Of a stretch of 64,000 nt of DNA, positions 1 through 12,080 are shown piece by piece; position 1 is the first letter of the stretch; each line of letters starts with the position of its first letter. The notes beneath the pieces are model-generated. The model did not search any database. It had not been told where the DNA came from and saw only the letters and a list, made by a program, of their open reading frames with translations. Origin of the DNA: Chrysomallon squamiferum (Eukaryota; Animalia; Mollusca). A program made the position numbers and the translations under genes. The stretch covers positions 434,001 through 498,000 of the forward strand of contig CM022672.1 in NCBI GenBank assembly GCA_012295275.1, read 5' to 3'.

Positions 1-596
1 CACACCTCATCAGCAAGACGTGACATTCTGCAACTTCAATAGAGCTGTATTAAAGGCAGAATATTGATGTACTCCACCATTTTTGTTTACTGATCTTTTC
101 AGCACCATTTACAACAGTGTAATATAAAATAAAGTAAACAAAATTCTGTACAGACTATATACACTGTTGTTTTGACAGGTAGTCTACAAATCCAGCTGTT
201 TTGAAATATTTTCTTTTATATCAGAACTAAAATGTATACTTAATCATGTTTTGAGTTGAGCATTCAGTATGTAAATGTTATGGTTTAAATTTTTGCAAAG
301 ACAAATATATTACATATGAATGTTATTTGAGTTATGTGTTTGAAATGTGAGATCATGCATTAAATATTCTTTTGTGTTTACACATTAATTTCAAATGTGT
401 ATATAAATGTATTAAAGATATTTCTTTAAATTTAATCTAAAATTTTATTTATTTTAGCTATTTTCAGCATTTTCATAGTTTATATAAATATTTTAAAGAA
501 ATATTTAATTCTAAAATTTTACAGTTTTGGGGGTGTTACATTATTTTGTTTATGAATTGGATATTTTTGTAACTTAATATAAAATATTATTTCAGT

Positions 597-990
597 AATG
601 GATCTGACATAGTGTTTTACCAGTTATAAAATATTATTTTATTCATTAATCTGATAACTGTTTTATATTTGGTATTAAATTTATGAATCTGATATTGTTT
701 TAATATGATTTAAATATTTTAATTTATGAAACTGATATTGTGTTAACTTGATATAACATATTTTATTTATGAATCTGATATTGTTTTAACTTGATATAAA
801 ATGTTATTTTATTTATGAATTTGATATTGTGTTAACTTGATATAAAATATTATTTAATTTAGAATTTGATATTGTGTTAACTTGATATAAAATATTATTT
901 AATTTAGAATTTGATATTGTGTTAACTTGATATAAAATATTATTTAATTTAGAATTTGATATTGTGTTAATTGATATAAAATATTATTTC
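597..990. repeat. Intronic minisatellite, about 45-bp unit, about 8 copies
   Basis: Unit gaatttgatattgtgttaacttgatataaaatattatttaattta recurs at 45-nt spacing (e.g. 862, 907, 952) and degenerates toward the 5' side. Confidence 0.85.
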
Positions 991-1263
991 TCAGTTCAGT
1001 GATTAAGAGAGATGTGTTGTGATTAATTTTATACTTGATAATATGTAAGTTGATTACTTACCTTTTTTTTTTAAATGTGTGTAAAAGAACAAAAGGACTA
1101 AATAAAAATATATATGTAAATACAACAAAGATAATAATTTACATGTGCTTAATAAAAACAATTGCATTAAATGAAATTCTGCACTATGCAAACTCAAATA
1201 AAATAATTACATTTTACTTTAAATTTTAAATTATTTATAATTACATAAATATTTTTCTTTCAG

Positions 1264-1446
1264 TGAAAGACTTGGTAGAATATGGTTTGTTTTCATTTGG
1301 ATTATGGGTATCGACAATTGTCACCCTGGCTCTGGGTGTGGTTTGGGGACTTGTAGCTATCATGTTTGCGGTGTTCAATGTGTTTGGTAAACCCATTGAG
1401 ACCATCACTGGACCTGCAGGACTCTACCTGTGGAATGGACTGGCAT
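1264..1446 (+). CDS. CLRN: Clarin-family protein, internal coding exon (upstream exon(s) not seen in the window)
   Basis: ttttctttcag acceptor at 1262-1263 and gtaagt donor at 1447. Peptide ...FAVFNVFGKPIETITGPAGLYLWNGLA matches the clarin motif (human CLRN1 YNAFGKPFETLHGPLGLYL, recalled). Ends in phase 1. Confidence 0.88.
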
Positions 1447-1735
1447 GTAAGTTAAAACATTATTATTTATATATATTAAATACAAGTCCAGGTGAAATGC
1501 TTATTATAATTAAATAAATACATTTAAGAAATGCTAAAATATCAGCAGTGATGTCTCTTTTCCTGCATTTTGATGCTGCGTCTAATTTGTTTGCCAAATA
1601 AGGTTATACTGTTAGATATTATTAAATTTCTTTTCATATATTATAAATTAAATCTGATTTAAAACCATTTATAACTGTGGTTTCAGATAATTTAATTTGT
1701 TACAGTTATATTCAGTCTCTAAAAATACTTATAAA

Positions 1736-1736
<1 letters not shown>

Positions 1737-1796
<60 letters not shown>
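1737..1796. repeat. (AAT)n microsatellite
   Basis: Direct reading of the aataataat tract. Confidence 0.95.
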
Positions 1797-2358
1797 TACT
1801 GTATCAGATATTTATAAATGTACAAAATATTTTTGATATTTATAATATTTCTTAGACTTTCTATAAGAGAATTATGCAATATTTAATTGAAGCTATTTGA
1901 TAAACTGGCAAACAGTGGCTAATTATAAATACATTTGATGCTAATTCTGCAGTCAACACATTACAGTTACCTCTTGTCCCATGATTAATCAGAGAGTGTC
2001 TGTAGTATTTGCAGCTTTGTAGCTATGGGTAATATATAGAAAAACTGTTGACATTTTTATTAACTGATCTGGTAAAATTATGAAGGAATGTAATAATTGA
2101 TTTGTTTGGATAAATGTGGTGAGAAACTGAACATTAACAGATTTTAATCATATTACAAAATGTTAATAATTTTTATATATTAGCTGTTCTCTAGGGTATA
2201 ATCTTAATTATTTATGAAAATATTAAAACAATTAATTTTTGGAGTATCTGTGGACACTCTGTACACTTCTTCACTATTTCATTATTATTGTGTGATTTCC
2301 ACCATGTTTTAAGCCTCACTATCCTCCCAGCTTATGCTTACCCACCTGTTCCTTTCAG

Positions 2359-2621
2359 TGCTGTTCTCCTTGCTTGCTTGCCTCCTCTTTGTGGGGCTCT
2401 ATGTGACAGGAATTCAGAAAAACATTTTACCAAAGGAAGATAGAGATATTGGGTGGACATCAGAGGGCAGGACCCACTTTGATTACTCGTTCTACTTAGT
2501 GGTGGGGGCTGCAGGCAGCTTCCTGTTAAACATTGTTCTCTTGGTGTGTTCTGGGCTGCGACTATCATGCAGTTTTGCTGGAGCCAGTGAGAAAGAAGTG
2601 GATGGAATGATCTTGTACTGA
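2359..2621 (+). CDS. CLRN: Clarin terminal exon A (TM3, loop, TM4, tail)
   Basis: cctttcag acceptor, phase 1 compatible with the donor at 1447. Peptide LLFSLLACLLFVGLY...FDYSFYLVVGA...DGMILY*. AATAAA at about 3037. Confidence 0.85.
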
Positions 2622-3061
2622 AAATAAGGATTTCAAAGACTGCACAACATTTAGAATTACTACATGGGTTGGATTGGGAAATTTGTCACACAGTGCTGAG
2701 ATGTGAGATTTAGGGATCACTGTTGTACCGTGGTTTTGAGGGTGGGTTTGTGGATAGTGTTTGTGCAGGATGATTGGGATTGTAATTCTAAGAAGTATTT
2801 ATTTGTGGATTTGTAATTTACAGTTCTGGGTTTGAATTGTATATACTTTTGAAAATGATACTTCATAATGTATAATGCTGAAGGATTTAAAGATTATACC
2901 TATTTAAACTGGATTCTTTGAAAATTTACAAACTATTCATAAAACATTTGTTATTTCTTCTTATTATTATTATTATTTTCAAGGAATTAAATTATAAATA
3001 TAGCTGGGTTTTGCAAAAATACCTAACTTTTGTATCAATAAAATTTATTATCTAAAATCAA

Positions 3062-3430
3062 ATGTGACCCTGCCTACTGAAATCAGTCATACTATCAATT
3101 AATCAGAATGTTGAGATTGTTTTCTGTCAGTCTATCATTTTAATTTCATTTTTCATTAAAATCAGATTTTATTACTTTTTCTACCTTTATTGTAAGCTAT
3201 TTTGAACTCTAAGAGATGTGTATTTTTGTGTGGAGTAATATATTGTAACTGTTCACATGATTAATTGTCTAAAATAATTTTTTGTAACATAACTTACTGC
3301 ATTAGCCATATTTAACTATTGTTAATCTTGAATCTCCTTTGCTGTTTATATCAGGTATTTATGATTTTGTTTGAGTTTGATAAAAAGTAAAAAGTATCAG
3401 TACAATAAATATTTCCAGGCAGGGTCACAT
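3062..3430. mobile_element. MITE-like element with 14-bp perfect terminal inverted repeats
   Basis: ATGTGACCCTGCCT (3062-3075) and its exact reverse complement AGGCAGGGTCACAT (3417-3430) flank about 340 bp of non-coding AT-rich DNA. TSD is not clear. Confidence 0.6.
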
Positions 3431-3842
3431 ATTTGCATCTCTGTTAAAATACTATATATGAAATATATTTAAATCTATTCACAATCTCTGCCTTTGCATT
3501 TCCACAACTGTTTATTTCAAGCATTTATTTTTAATGTCGGTGTTAAATGTTAAATTATTGATAATTACCCACAGAAATCTCAGAAAAGTTTTGTTGAATG
3601 ATTGTATAAAAAATTTAGATAAAACATTAGTATTTTAAGTTGGTATGTTTAAGAAATATTTTAATGTTATGTAAAAATAACAATATATTTTATAACAGTA
3701 ATTTTTCAAAGTTAAGAACAGATTTCTTTTTTCTCTAATTCTGTAATTTTTGTAAATCTACATTTTATTTTAATAATTTTGAAACATTGAAACAAATTCT
3801 TATATTTATATACATCTAGTCAGTTTCTTGTTTTTTTTTCAG

Positions 3843-4123
3843 TGGTATTTTCTCTTGCATCCTGTATTTTGTATGTAGTTTTGTTTGTGAATGAATATCA
3901 AAGAAATATCCTGCCACTGGAGGACATTGAAGCCAATTTCTCCTCGAAGGAACACACATTCCTAGATTTTTCTTTCTATCTAGTCGTTGGTGCCTTTGTC
4001 AGTTTTTTTATCAGTATTATAATTCTGATCTGGTTGAGGTTCTACAATTCAGTTTCATGTTTCTCTGGAGAAGATAAATATGCTTTGGAGACAGAGCTGG
4101 GTGTAACAGGAATTTTATACTAA
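3843..4123 (+). CDS. CLRN: Clarin terminal exon B (duplicated alternative last exon)
   Basis: Long poly-T tract plus cag acceptor, same phase as exon A. Peptide LVFSLASCILYVVLF...NILP.ED...LDFSFYLVVGA...GILY* is clearly homologous to exon A and the ORF is intact. Confidence 0.8.
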
Positions 4124-6302
4124 AAACAAATAATGAATAACTTAGAAATATTTCTGTATTGCAGTAAGCAGATTTAATAATAAATTTTGAAAATTAATTA
4201 AAATAATTTTGGTAAACTGAACATAAACATGTTAATATTTCTATATTAAACACTGTAGTTTATCTAGTAACTGGTTTAATTTACTGATTTGTTTAAACCT
4301 GATGTAATATGTATCTGGATTAGGAGTTCAAAACAAAAACAATTTTTTTTTTTAATATTACGTCTTTCAAATAGAAATCAGAGTTAATGTTTATGGTGGT
4401 GTGAACAAATGGCCTCAGTGCATTACATTTTCTAAGTGTTGCTTTATTTATTTCCAGTTTTAATTATTAATTAAATCGTAAAGACATAAAACTATTTTGG
4501 AGGCTGTAATTTTTTTTTTCTTCCTGATAACCACAGAAATGTTTAAAAAAAGCAACTGGATTTTTATTTATTTATTTTTTTATTTTATTTTATTTTTTAT
4601 TATTATTATAATTTTTTTTATTTTTTTTGGGAGGCAATATATTGTGTTCATTTCCACTTTTTTTTTAAACAATTTGTATTATCTTTTTTTAAAATTATTT
4701 TCCTTATTTAAGAAGAAGAAAAAAGTATTTATCCATCTATTCATATTACCACCATACATTTTTTATAATTTTAATTTGCTATAGGACTAAACTGGGGATT
4801 GTTTGGTTAATGATAGAAGTAGTGAAATGAGAATAAAATGACTAATTAAATATTTTACGTTTGAAACAAAGGCCTAGTAAAACATTCTGTTAAACCCAGT
4901 ACACTGAGTCGTATAAATACATGTAATTTAAAATTAGTATACTACTTTTGTAAAAAGAAAATAATTTTGTTAATGGTTAAAATCAAATTAGGTTTATGTA
5001 GTCAGTTCTTAGAAGCTGTTTATCATATTGTTATATAATTAATTTATCTTTAAACGGCAAATTGTAACAATATAGATATGTGGTAGAAATTAAATTAGAC
5101 TATTTCAAAATGTACATAAATCTACTTGTAAAATAAAATTAGGTTCATTAATAAAAAATATTTAAAAAAATGTTTTTATTAATTGGTTGCAAAATTAAAT
5201 AGGTTTTAGCATCCAGTAGTAACAAAAAATATTAAACAAGTTTTTAAAAATAAATTGGGTTTTACCTTCAAGTAAAAAATATTTAATTCTGTATGGTTGT
5301 AAAATCAAATTCACTTAGCTGCTAATAAAACATGTTTGTACAGGAGTTCTAACAAACTGTACAGTTAGATTTTATTTTAGAATAGAGCTGCTTATTGGTG
5401 CTGATTTGACTGAAAATCAAAGTGTCTTAAATGAGGGAAAGAAATGACCCCATTTCGTATAATATGTTTTTTAAATAAAAACATTTCTCATTTTTGTTGT
5501 ACATCAGTACTGTTTGATAATCATTGTTTCCTGTTTTATTTCAGTATTTTCCAGTCATTTTATATATTTTAATTTTTATGTGATCCTATGTTCATTCATG
5601 TCTCATTTTGATCACTTATAATTAAATTTTTAATCATTTATGATTTGAATTGTTTAAATAAACTGATACATGTATTTACATATTCTTTTCAGTTTTAATA
5701 ATCAATATTTTCCTTTGTTTTCTTGTCAATGGTTTGTTTTTAAAATCTGGGTTTATTAAGGATAGACAGCAGCTTTTTTAGTTGAAAGATTGTATATATC
5801 AAGAAAGAACTGAGAATCTTGATTAAAGGTTTCCTTGCCATCAAGATATTCTGTACTTCTGGTATCTGGAAAGAACTCAGAAATTTGGCAGATTAAATGT
5901 TTCCTTGCTTTACAGATATTTCAGACAACAGAGCTGCCAGTGTTAACACTAAATCTTAGTTCATTCTGAGAACCAGCATGTGTCAGCCTTGATAACAACC
6001 CAGCATTGACAATCAATTCCTTAACATTTCATTTTTCATCCCCAGTTTTTTCTGACGTTTTGATCTGTCATGAAATCCTTCAACAAATCTGTCAGCTCAA
6101 TAGACATAAGAATATATTATTTAAAAATGAATTTATAAATTTAATGATAAATATTATATTCAATTTTTCAAATACTTTGTAAGATTAATACATTTTATCA
6201 GTTTATTTACTTTATTTAAAAATTAATATCTCTTATTTCAACAAATGACCACTTTAACTGAAAGAGCCATGTAGTGTTCTTTTTTTTATACATGTATCTT
6301 AT

Positions 6303-6316
6303 GTTGCCATAGTTAC
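6303..6316 (-). promoter_or_regulatory. RFX X-box motif
   Basis: GTTGCCATAGTTAC; the reverse complement GTAACTATGGCAAC fits GTHNYYATRRNAAC. Confidence 0.4.
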
Positions 6317-8572
6317 CACATACTAGCTTTAATGATTTTATTTGTTAATTTATTTTAATTACTTTGTTAATTGATGTTGATTATTTATTTAACTTGTTTA
6401 CTATTTACAACTATTTTATTCAGATTCCTAGTCTACATTTGTGAGATATATACTCTGTTTTTATTGTTACAAAAATTTGAAACAATGTGACCATTTTCCC
6501 ATGTGTACTTAATATTTTTTTTCTCTTCTGTGTTTTCAGAAATTTATAAATGTTTAATTGTTTTGAAAAAAAAACAAAAATTGTATAACAAATTCACTAC
6601 ATTTATATGTAAACAGAAATTCAGTATTGTTTTTTTTTTGATAAACTGTAACCAGATTTATTGATTTATTTATATGATGTATTGTTTATTATTACATCAG
6701 ATGTTAAAATAGTTTAATTTATTACAAATTGAAAAATTGTAAAGAAAGGAATAAACAAAATATAATTAACTTCAACAAAGAAAAATATTCAATGTTATTA
6801 TTTTTCTTTATTTTCAAGGAAGGAAATAAAAATGCTGTGATTGATAATGTAGTGTGTATTTCAATAAAATTGTATTATATTTCCTAAGTTTGCATATCAG
6901 ATACTGTGTACATATTACTTATTATATGTACATGGTGATGAAACAGAATCTTAGAGACACAAAAATGCCAAAACCTGCTGACAAGCAATTTAAAACGGTA
7001 AAATAAATTAATGTATTAATTATGGAAATGTTTATGTTCTTGTTGATATTGTAAACAGTTGAAGATTATAAAATCAATTACTGTTTTTGAAATATGTTAT
7101 ATTTCAGTTGTTGTGTTTTTTAGAAAGTGATTATCTGTTGCCTTACAGAAAATTGTTAATTGTATAGAATTAAAAGTCTGTCCACTGTGTTACACAATTT
7201 TTGTATAATTATTATATCGGAGAAAAAAAAGCAATCATTCTATCTGTCACAGTGTTCCTTTACACAGTGAAACACTTACAACTGACCAGTCTGTGGACAG
7301 TAAGAATTATGCATTTGGCTTAGCTTGATTAGTGTCACCATTTTGAATTGGTATTCTGGTTCTGTTAATTTGATTCATTTCACGAATTGAAATAAATATC
7401 TGGGATTGATTTGTCATCATTTCACAGTGATGTGGTTTAAAAGGAATGTTTTAAAATAAAGATCACTACTGAAGTTTTTAAATACAAAAATCATTTTTTT
7501 AAAGATATATCTTGGTGTCATTGTTTGAAATAAATCAAGATATCATTATTCTGAAATTAGAATTTTGTCCATTCTGAAATTGCAGATTTTGTTATGATTC
7601 AAGTTAATAATCATATTTATTTTTGTACATTGTCACTAAGGGATTTTAAATAAATAGTTGTTTTGTAAAATTTTAAATAACAATGTAATGGCTGGGTACA
7701 ACTGCCTTCATTTTCACTAAACCATAATTAATGAAATTTTTATTTTTACATTTGTTTACAAAACAAATTGTATTCTGTGAAATGCCATAACAGCCAAAAT
7801 AAATAATAATAACAGCTAAAAAAATGATAAAACTTGGTTTGAAAGATACAAATATTTTAAAGATAAAACTTATTTTGTAGATTTGTCTCTTCATAGTCTT
7901 TTTTTTTTTTACATGATATTATTTCATAACACTAAAATTTTGACTAGTTTTTTCTCATATTATTTTGGTAAATTATAAGCACATAAAGAATGTGATATAA
8001 TTGTTTTAGAAAATTTAATTAATGTTTCAGAAAAATAAAAATAATAATTAAAAAAGGTATAATATTGAAACATTTCACTTGTATACAAATTCCTATCAGT
8101 TTATTATTTTAAAAAATTTGCTACACAGATTTTTAATGATGCATTTCTTTGTTATTAAGCTTTTTACCCAGTGCAAAATAATAAAATTATTTAAATAATT
8201 TTGTTTTCTGTTATTATTTTGTTTAATGACACTAATTCTCTGATTTTATGCTGGTTGCTATGAAAGCTGGATTTACTGAGAAAATGTGCTGCTATAAAAT
8301 TGCTGAAATATTTTTCTTTACATGCAGGCAGATAGGATACATTATCACAGTTCATTTCGAAACATCTGGAATGTTAGTATTTATTACCGTTTCTTGGATG
8401 TTGCTGCTTAGTGAGGGATGATTTTTTTTTTTTTTTTTTTTTTTTAAATCCTTAACAAAATGTTTAAGCTTTTAAAAAATAAATAAATAAAACTAAAAAA
8501 CATAATTTCTTTTAAAACATTAAACAATTTCCATTTAAAAGAATCTAAATCTGGACATCATTGAAATGTACT

Positions 8573-8586
8573 GTCACTATGACAAC
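8573..8586 (+). promoter_or_regulatory. RFX X-box motif upstream of the C6orf163-like gene
   Basis: GTCACTATGACAAC fits GTHNYYATRRNAAC, about 0.9 kb upstream of the ATG at 9497. Confidence 0.45.
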
Positions 8587-8746
8587 AAGAACAGTCTCCA
8601 TTTAATTTCTTGGAAGTATTTTGTATATGTGTGTGTGTGTGTGTGTGTTAATGTATTAATTATTATTCTGTTTGTTTAGTGACGATTATTATTATCATTA
8701 TTTTATTTTATTTTTTATTATCTTATATTTATTATTATTATTATTA

Positions 8747-8777
<31 letters not shown>

Positions 8778-9496
8778 GCATTTTTTTATATTTTTTTTAC
8801 CCCTCTATATATATTTGTTTTGGTACAACAGTAAAAGAAGTAATTATATTAAAAAAAAAAAAAAAAAAAAAATGTTTTGCTCAACTAAAACAAAAATACA
8901 GAAAATAATTACATGAATCATTTAGAAATAATCATAAAAATAATAATTTCGTTTTCATTTCTATCTACACAGTGTTAACAATGGTTAACATACGTCAATA
9001 CAGGCCAAACTAATGCATTTTTGTGTTCGGTACATTTCCAGTGTTTTCGGAATATTTCGTAATATTACGGACCATGACAACATTTAACTATTTGGCGTAT
9101 GTATATTTAAAATACGAAATATTCTTTTCAATACCAGTATTTATAAATAAAAATAATTATTTTCTAAGTTGAAGTTAATTTATATTTTGTGTTTATAAAT
9201 TACAAATGTAACTAAAATAGAGATTAAGAGAACTCCTGATGGCGTCCTATAATGTTTGTCCTAGTAGTTCCGGTCTGTTGTTAGGCTCAGTATAAACAAT
9301 GTCGTAATGATATTTTATCGTTTTAGCATTTTTTAAATCATATCTTTAGCTATTTAACAAACTGTCAGTATAAAACAATTTCTGTGTCTTACTAATTAAT
9401 TAAAATCATGTTATTATCTTAAATATTTAAAACAAAAAAAAAAGAAATTAATATGTAAGCTTAAATACGGTCAATTTTGCCTAAGGGTCATGCAAA

Positions 9497-9725
9497 ATGA
9501 TAGAGATTTCAAGTTCTTCAACGGACCTGGCAGCAGGTTTACCGTCATTGTCCATGGTACAGCGCTATCCAAGATCCACACCAAGACGATATGAAGAAAC
9601 AAGAGCTCCTGTTATTCAAGATTTTACTCATCGAAGAATTCTTTGTGAGCGTCTAGATACAAAACTCGAGTATAATCACATTTTGGGCGAGTAAAATGTT
9701 AATGTGTTCAGTTTCTGCTATCCAG

Positions 9726-9783
<58 letters not shown>

Positions 9784-12080
9784 AAACAATGCATTTAAAA
9801 CAAAAAACAAATTGTAAGATTGGCAGAAACTGAACTATTTCCTAAACAAATTCTATTAGTTAATATGTCGAAAATAAAGTAGCGATTTCAGTGGAAATAA
9901 CCAATGTATCTTATTAATAAATAAATGCTACTGTTATTTTCACATGAAATGGTAAAATTTCAATAATCTATAAATTAATATTCGATTTTTATCTGTTATT
10001 TTCAAAAATTAATTTTAAAATCCCAAAACAGTTTGATCTCAGTGGAATAATTTTGTTGTTTTCTCATTGGAATAAAGTTGCTATACATGTACTAAACATA
10101 AGGCATAATATGTGTTCATCCTAACATGTATATAGTGCTTAAAAATTATTTTAAGTAAAATAATTAATCTTCTTGTATGTATAAATCTTATACATTTTTA
10201 AATAGTAATTTTCAGTAATACAGATTCATTTAGTATAAATTTTGATTTATGTGGTTACATATTATTTATTTTTATTCTTCTCATTTTTCTTTCTCAAAGT
10301 AGTTAAATTTTTAAATAAAAAAAATAAAGATAAATAACTAAGTAAATAAATAAAAGCAGAAAAACAATAATCAGAAGGTATTATATTGAACTCTTGCCAA
10401 AGAAGGAATTTAAAAAATATGAATAATGCTGAATATTTTAGACTATGGATCTGAAATTCAGAAAAAAGTCAAAGATCAACAGGAGGAAGAAAAACAGCAG
10501 TTTTTACGTCAGTCTGAGGAGGGTGTCAGGCATCAGGCAGAAATTGTTAAAAATAATGAACTGAAAAAACTGAAAGAGCAGCTAACAGCTGAACACGACA
10601 AAGTTGTAAACATGTTGCTGAAGGAAAAGGAACATGCTATAAAAGTTAGATTTTTACTTGTATTTATTGTTTTATTGAACTAAAATAAAAATATAAAAAA
10701 AATAATAATAATAAAAGATTTAGAGTCTAGTAAAATATTATGTAAATGAAAAGGAACATGCTATAAAAGTTAGATTTTTACTTGTATTTATTGTTTTATT
10801 GAACTAAAATAAAAATATAAAAATAATAATAATAATAATAAAAGATTAAAAGTCTAGTAAAATATTATGTAAATGAATATGATGTTTACAAAATGATAGT
10901 GATATTTGATAAACAAAGAAAGAAACAAAAAACACAAATAAATAAATAAAATAAAATAAACCACAAAAACAGCTGAAAGCAGTTATGAAATATATTTTAC
11001 TGGTAAATTAATTATAAAGCTTGTTAATACTTTTTTTATCTTTAGTATCACATAATGAGCAGTTAGGTATATTTTAAAATTTTTTTACTGTTTTTCAAAG
11101 GAGGAGTGTTTGAAGATAGAAATGCAGATGCAGAAGCTGGCTATAGAGCAGGTACAGGAGGAAAGGTTGAAGGGGGAAAAGGCACTGGCTCAGGCTGTCA
11201 AACAGGCAGAGGAAATCGCTGCCAAGGAACAGAAAGAAGCATGTTCAGCTGTGAGAAACTACGAAAGAAAAGTTGCTGAAACTTTCATAACAAATCTTGT
11301 GGAGTGAGTTTACACTCTGTCACAGAAACGTGTGACTTGAGACATCTCTTTAGACTGCATGACTCAGTGTATTTTTGTGTTTAACTTTATATTCTAATAC
11401 AGAACCTGCCTCAACCATTAAATATACACATACAGATAATTTTCTTTAAATGTATTTTTCTAATGATATATATCTCTCTATATATATAAAATAATATTTT
11501 TTAAGATAATGAAACAAAATAGAGAGGTGGATTTCAGACATAAATTTATAGCACCTTACAACTTTTTTTAATTATTATTTACAAAAGTTCTCTTATAATT
11601 TAAAAAATAAATTGTTTTAGAAAACACACTAAAGAAGTTGGGCAGATACGGAAAGCTGCCAGTGATGACAAGAAAATTGCAATATTAAACCTGAAAGAAG
11701 CAACAAAAGTAGAAAAGGAGGAAGCAGTGAAAGCAGCTAGAGAGGAAGAGCAGCAGATTGCCACCAAGAAACTTGAAGAAGTCAGAAAATATTACGATGG
11801 TGAGCTAAGGAAACTGAGAGGAACTATCAGAGAGCGAGAACAAGAGATTAACAGGCTGTCAGGGGAACTTGACAAGACTGAGTTTTTGAAGAAAGCAGTG
11901 GAGAAACATCTGCTTGAACTGAGAGACGAGTATGAGGCATACATTGCAAGAACAAGTGGTTTGAACAAAGAGCTAACTGAAGTCTTCATGGCGCCGCTGT
12001 ACCTAGATGAAATTGAGAAAGATGCTCTTGCTGAGTATGAAAAAATAAAGAAAAATGAAAAGTCCAAAATAAAACAATAA
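9497..12080 (+). CDS. C6orf163: C6orf163-like coiled-coil protein (4 exons: 9497-9644, 10442-10644, 11101-11303, 11621-12080)
   Basis: Phase-consistent GT-AG exons. FTHRRIL.YG, KEEAVKAAREEEQQIA and VEKHLLELRDEYEAYIART resemble human C6orf163 (YTHKDILDIG, EKVEAVEKARAEERHIA, LEEELQETRMAFQKYINYT, recalled). The exon 1 donor is somewhat uncertain. Confidence 0.7.
9727..9781. repeat. (CA)n microsatellite
   Basis: Direct reading. Confidence 0.95.
10624..10876. repeat. Tandem duplication of about 125 bp spanning the exon 2 end and donor
   Basis: gaaaaggaacatgctataaaa|gttagatttttacttgtattt... occurs at 10624 and 10748. Confidence 0.9.

Noticed and set aside
11792-12067. Antisense ORFs over real exons (also 2338, 22319, 31259, 31458, 44327, 45343, 48639, 57449)
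   Set aside because: Shadow ORFs of coding exons with no independent signals.
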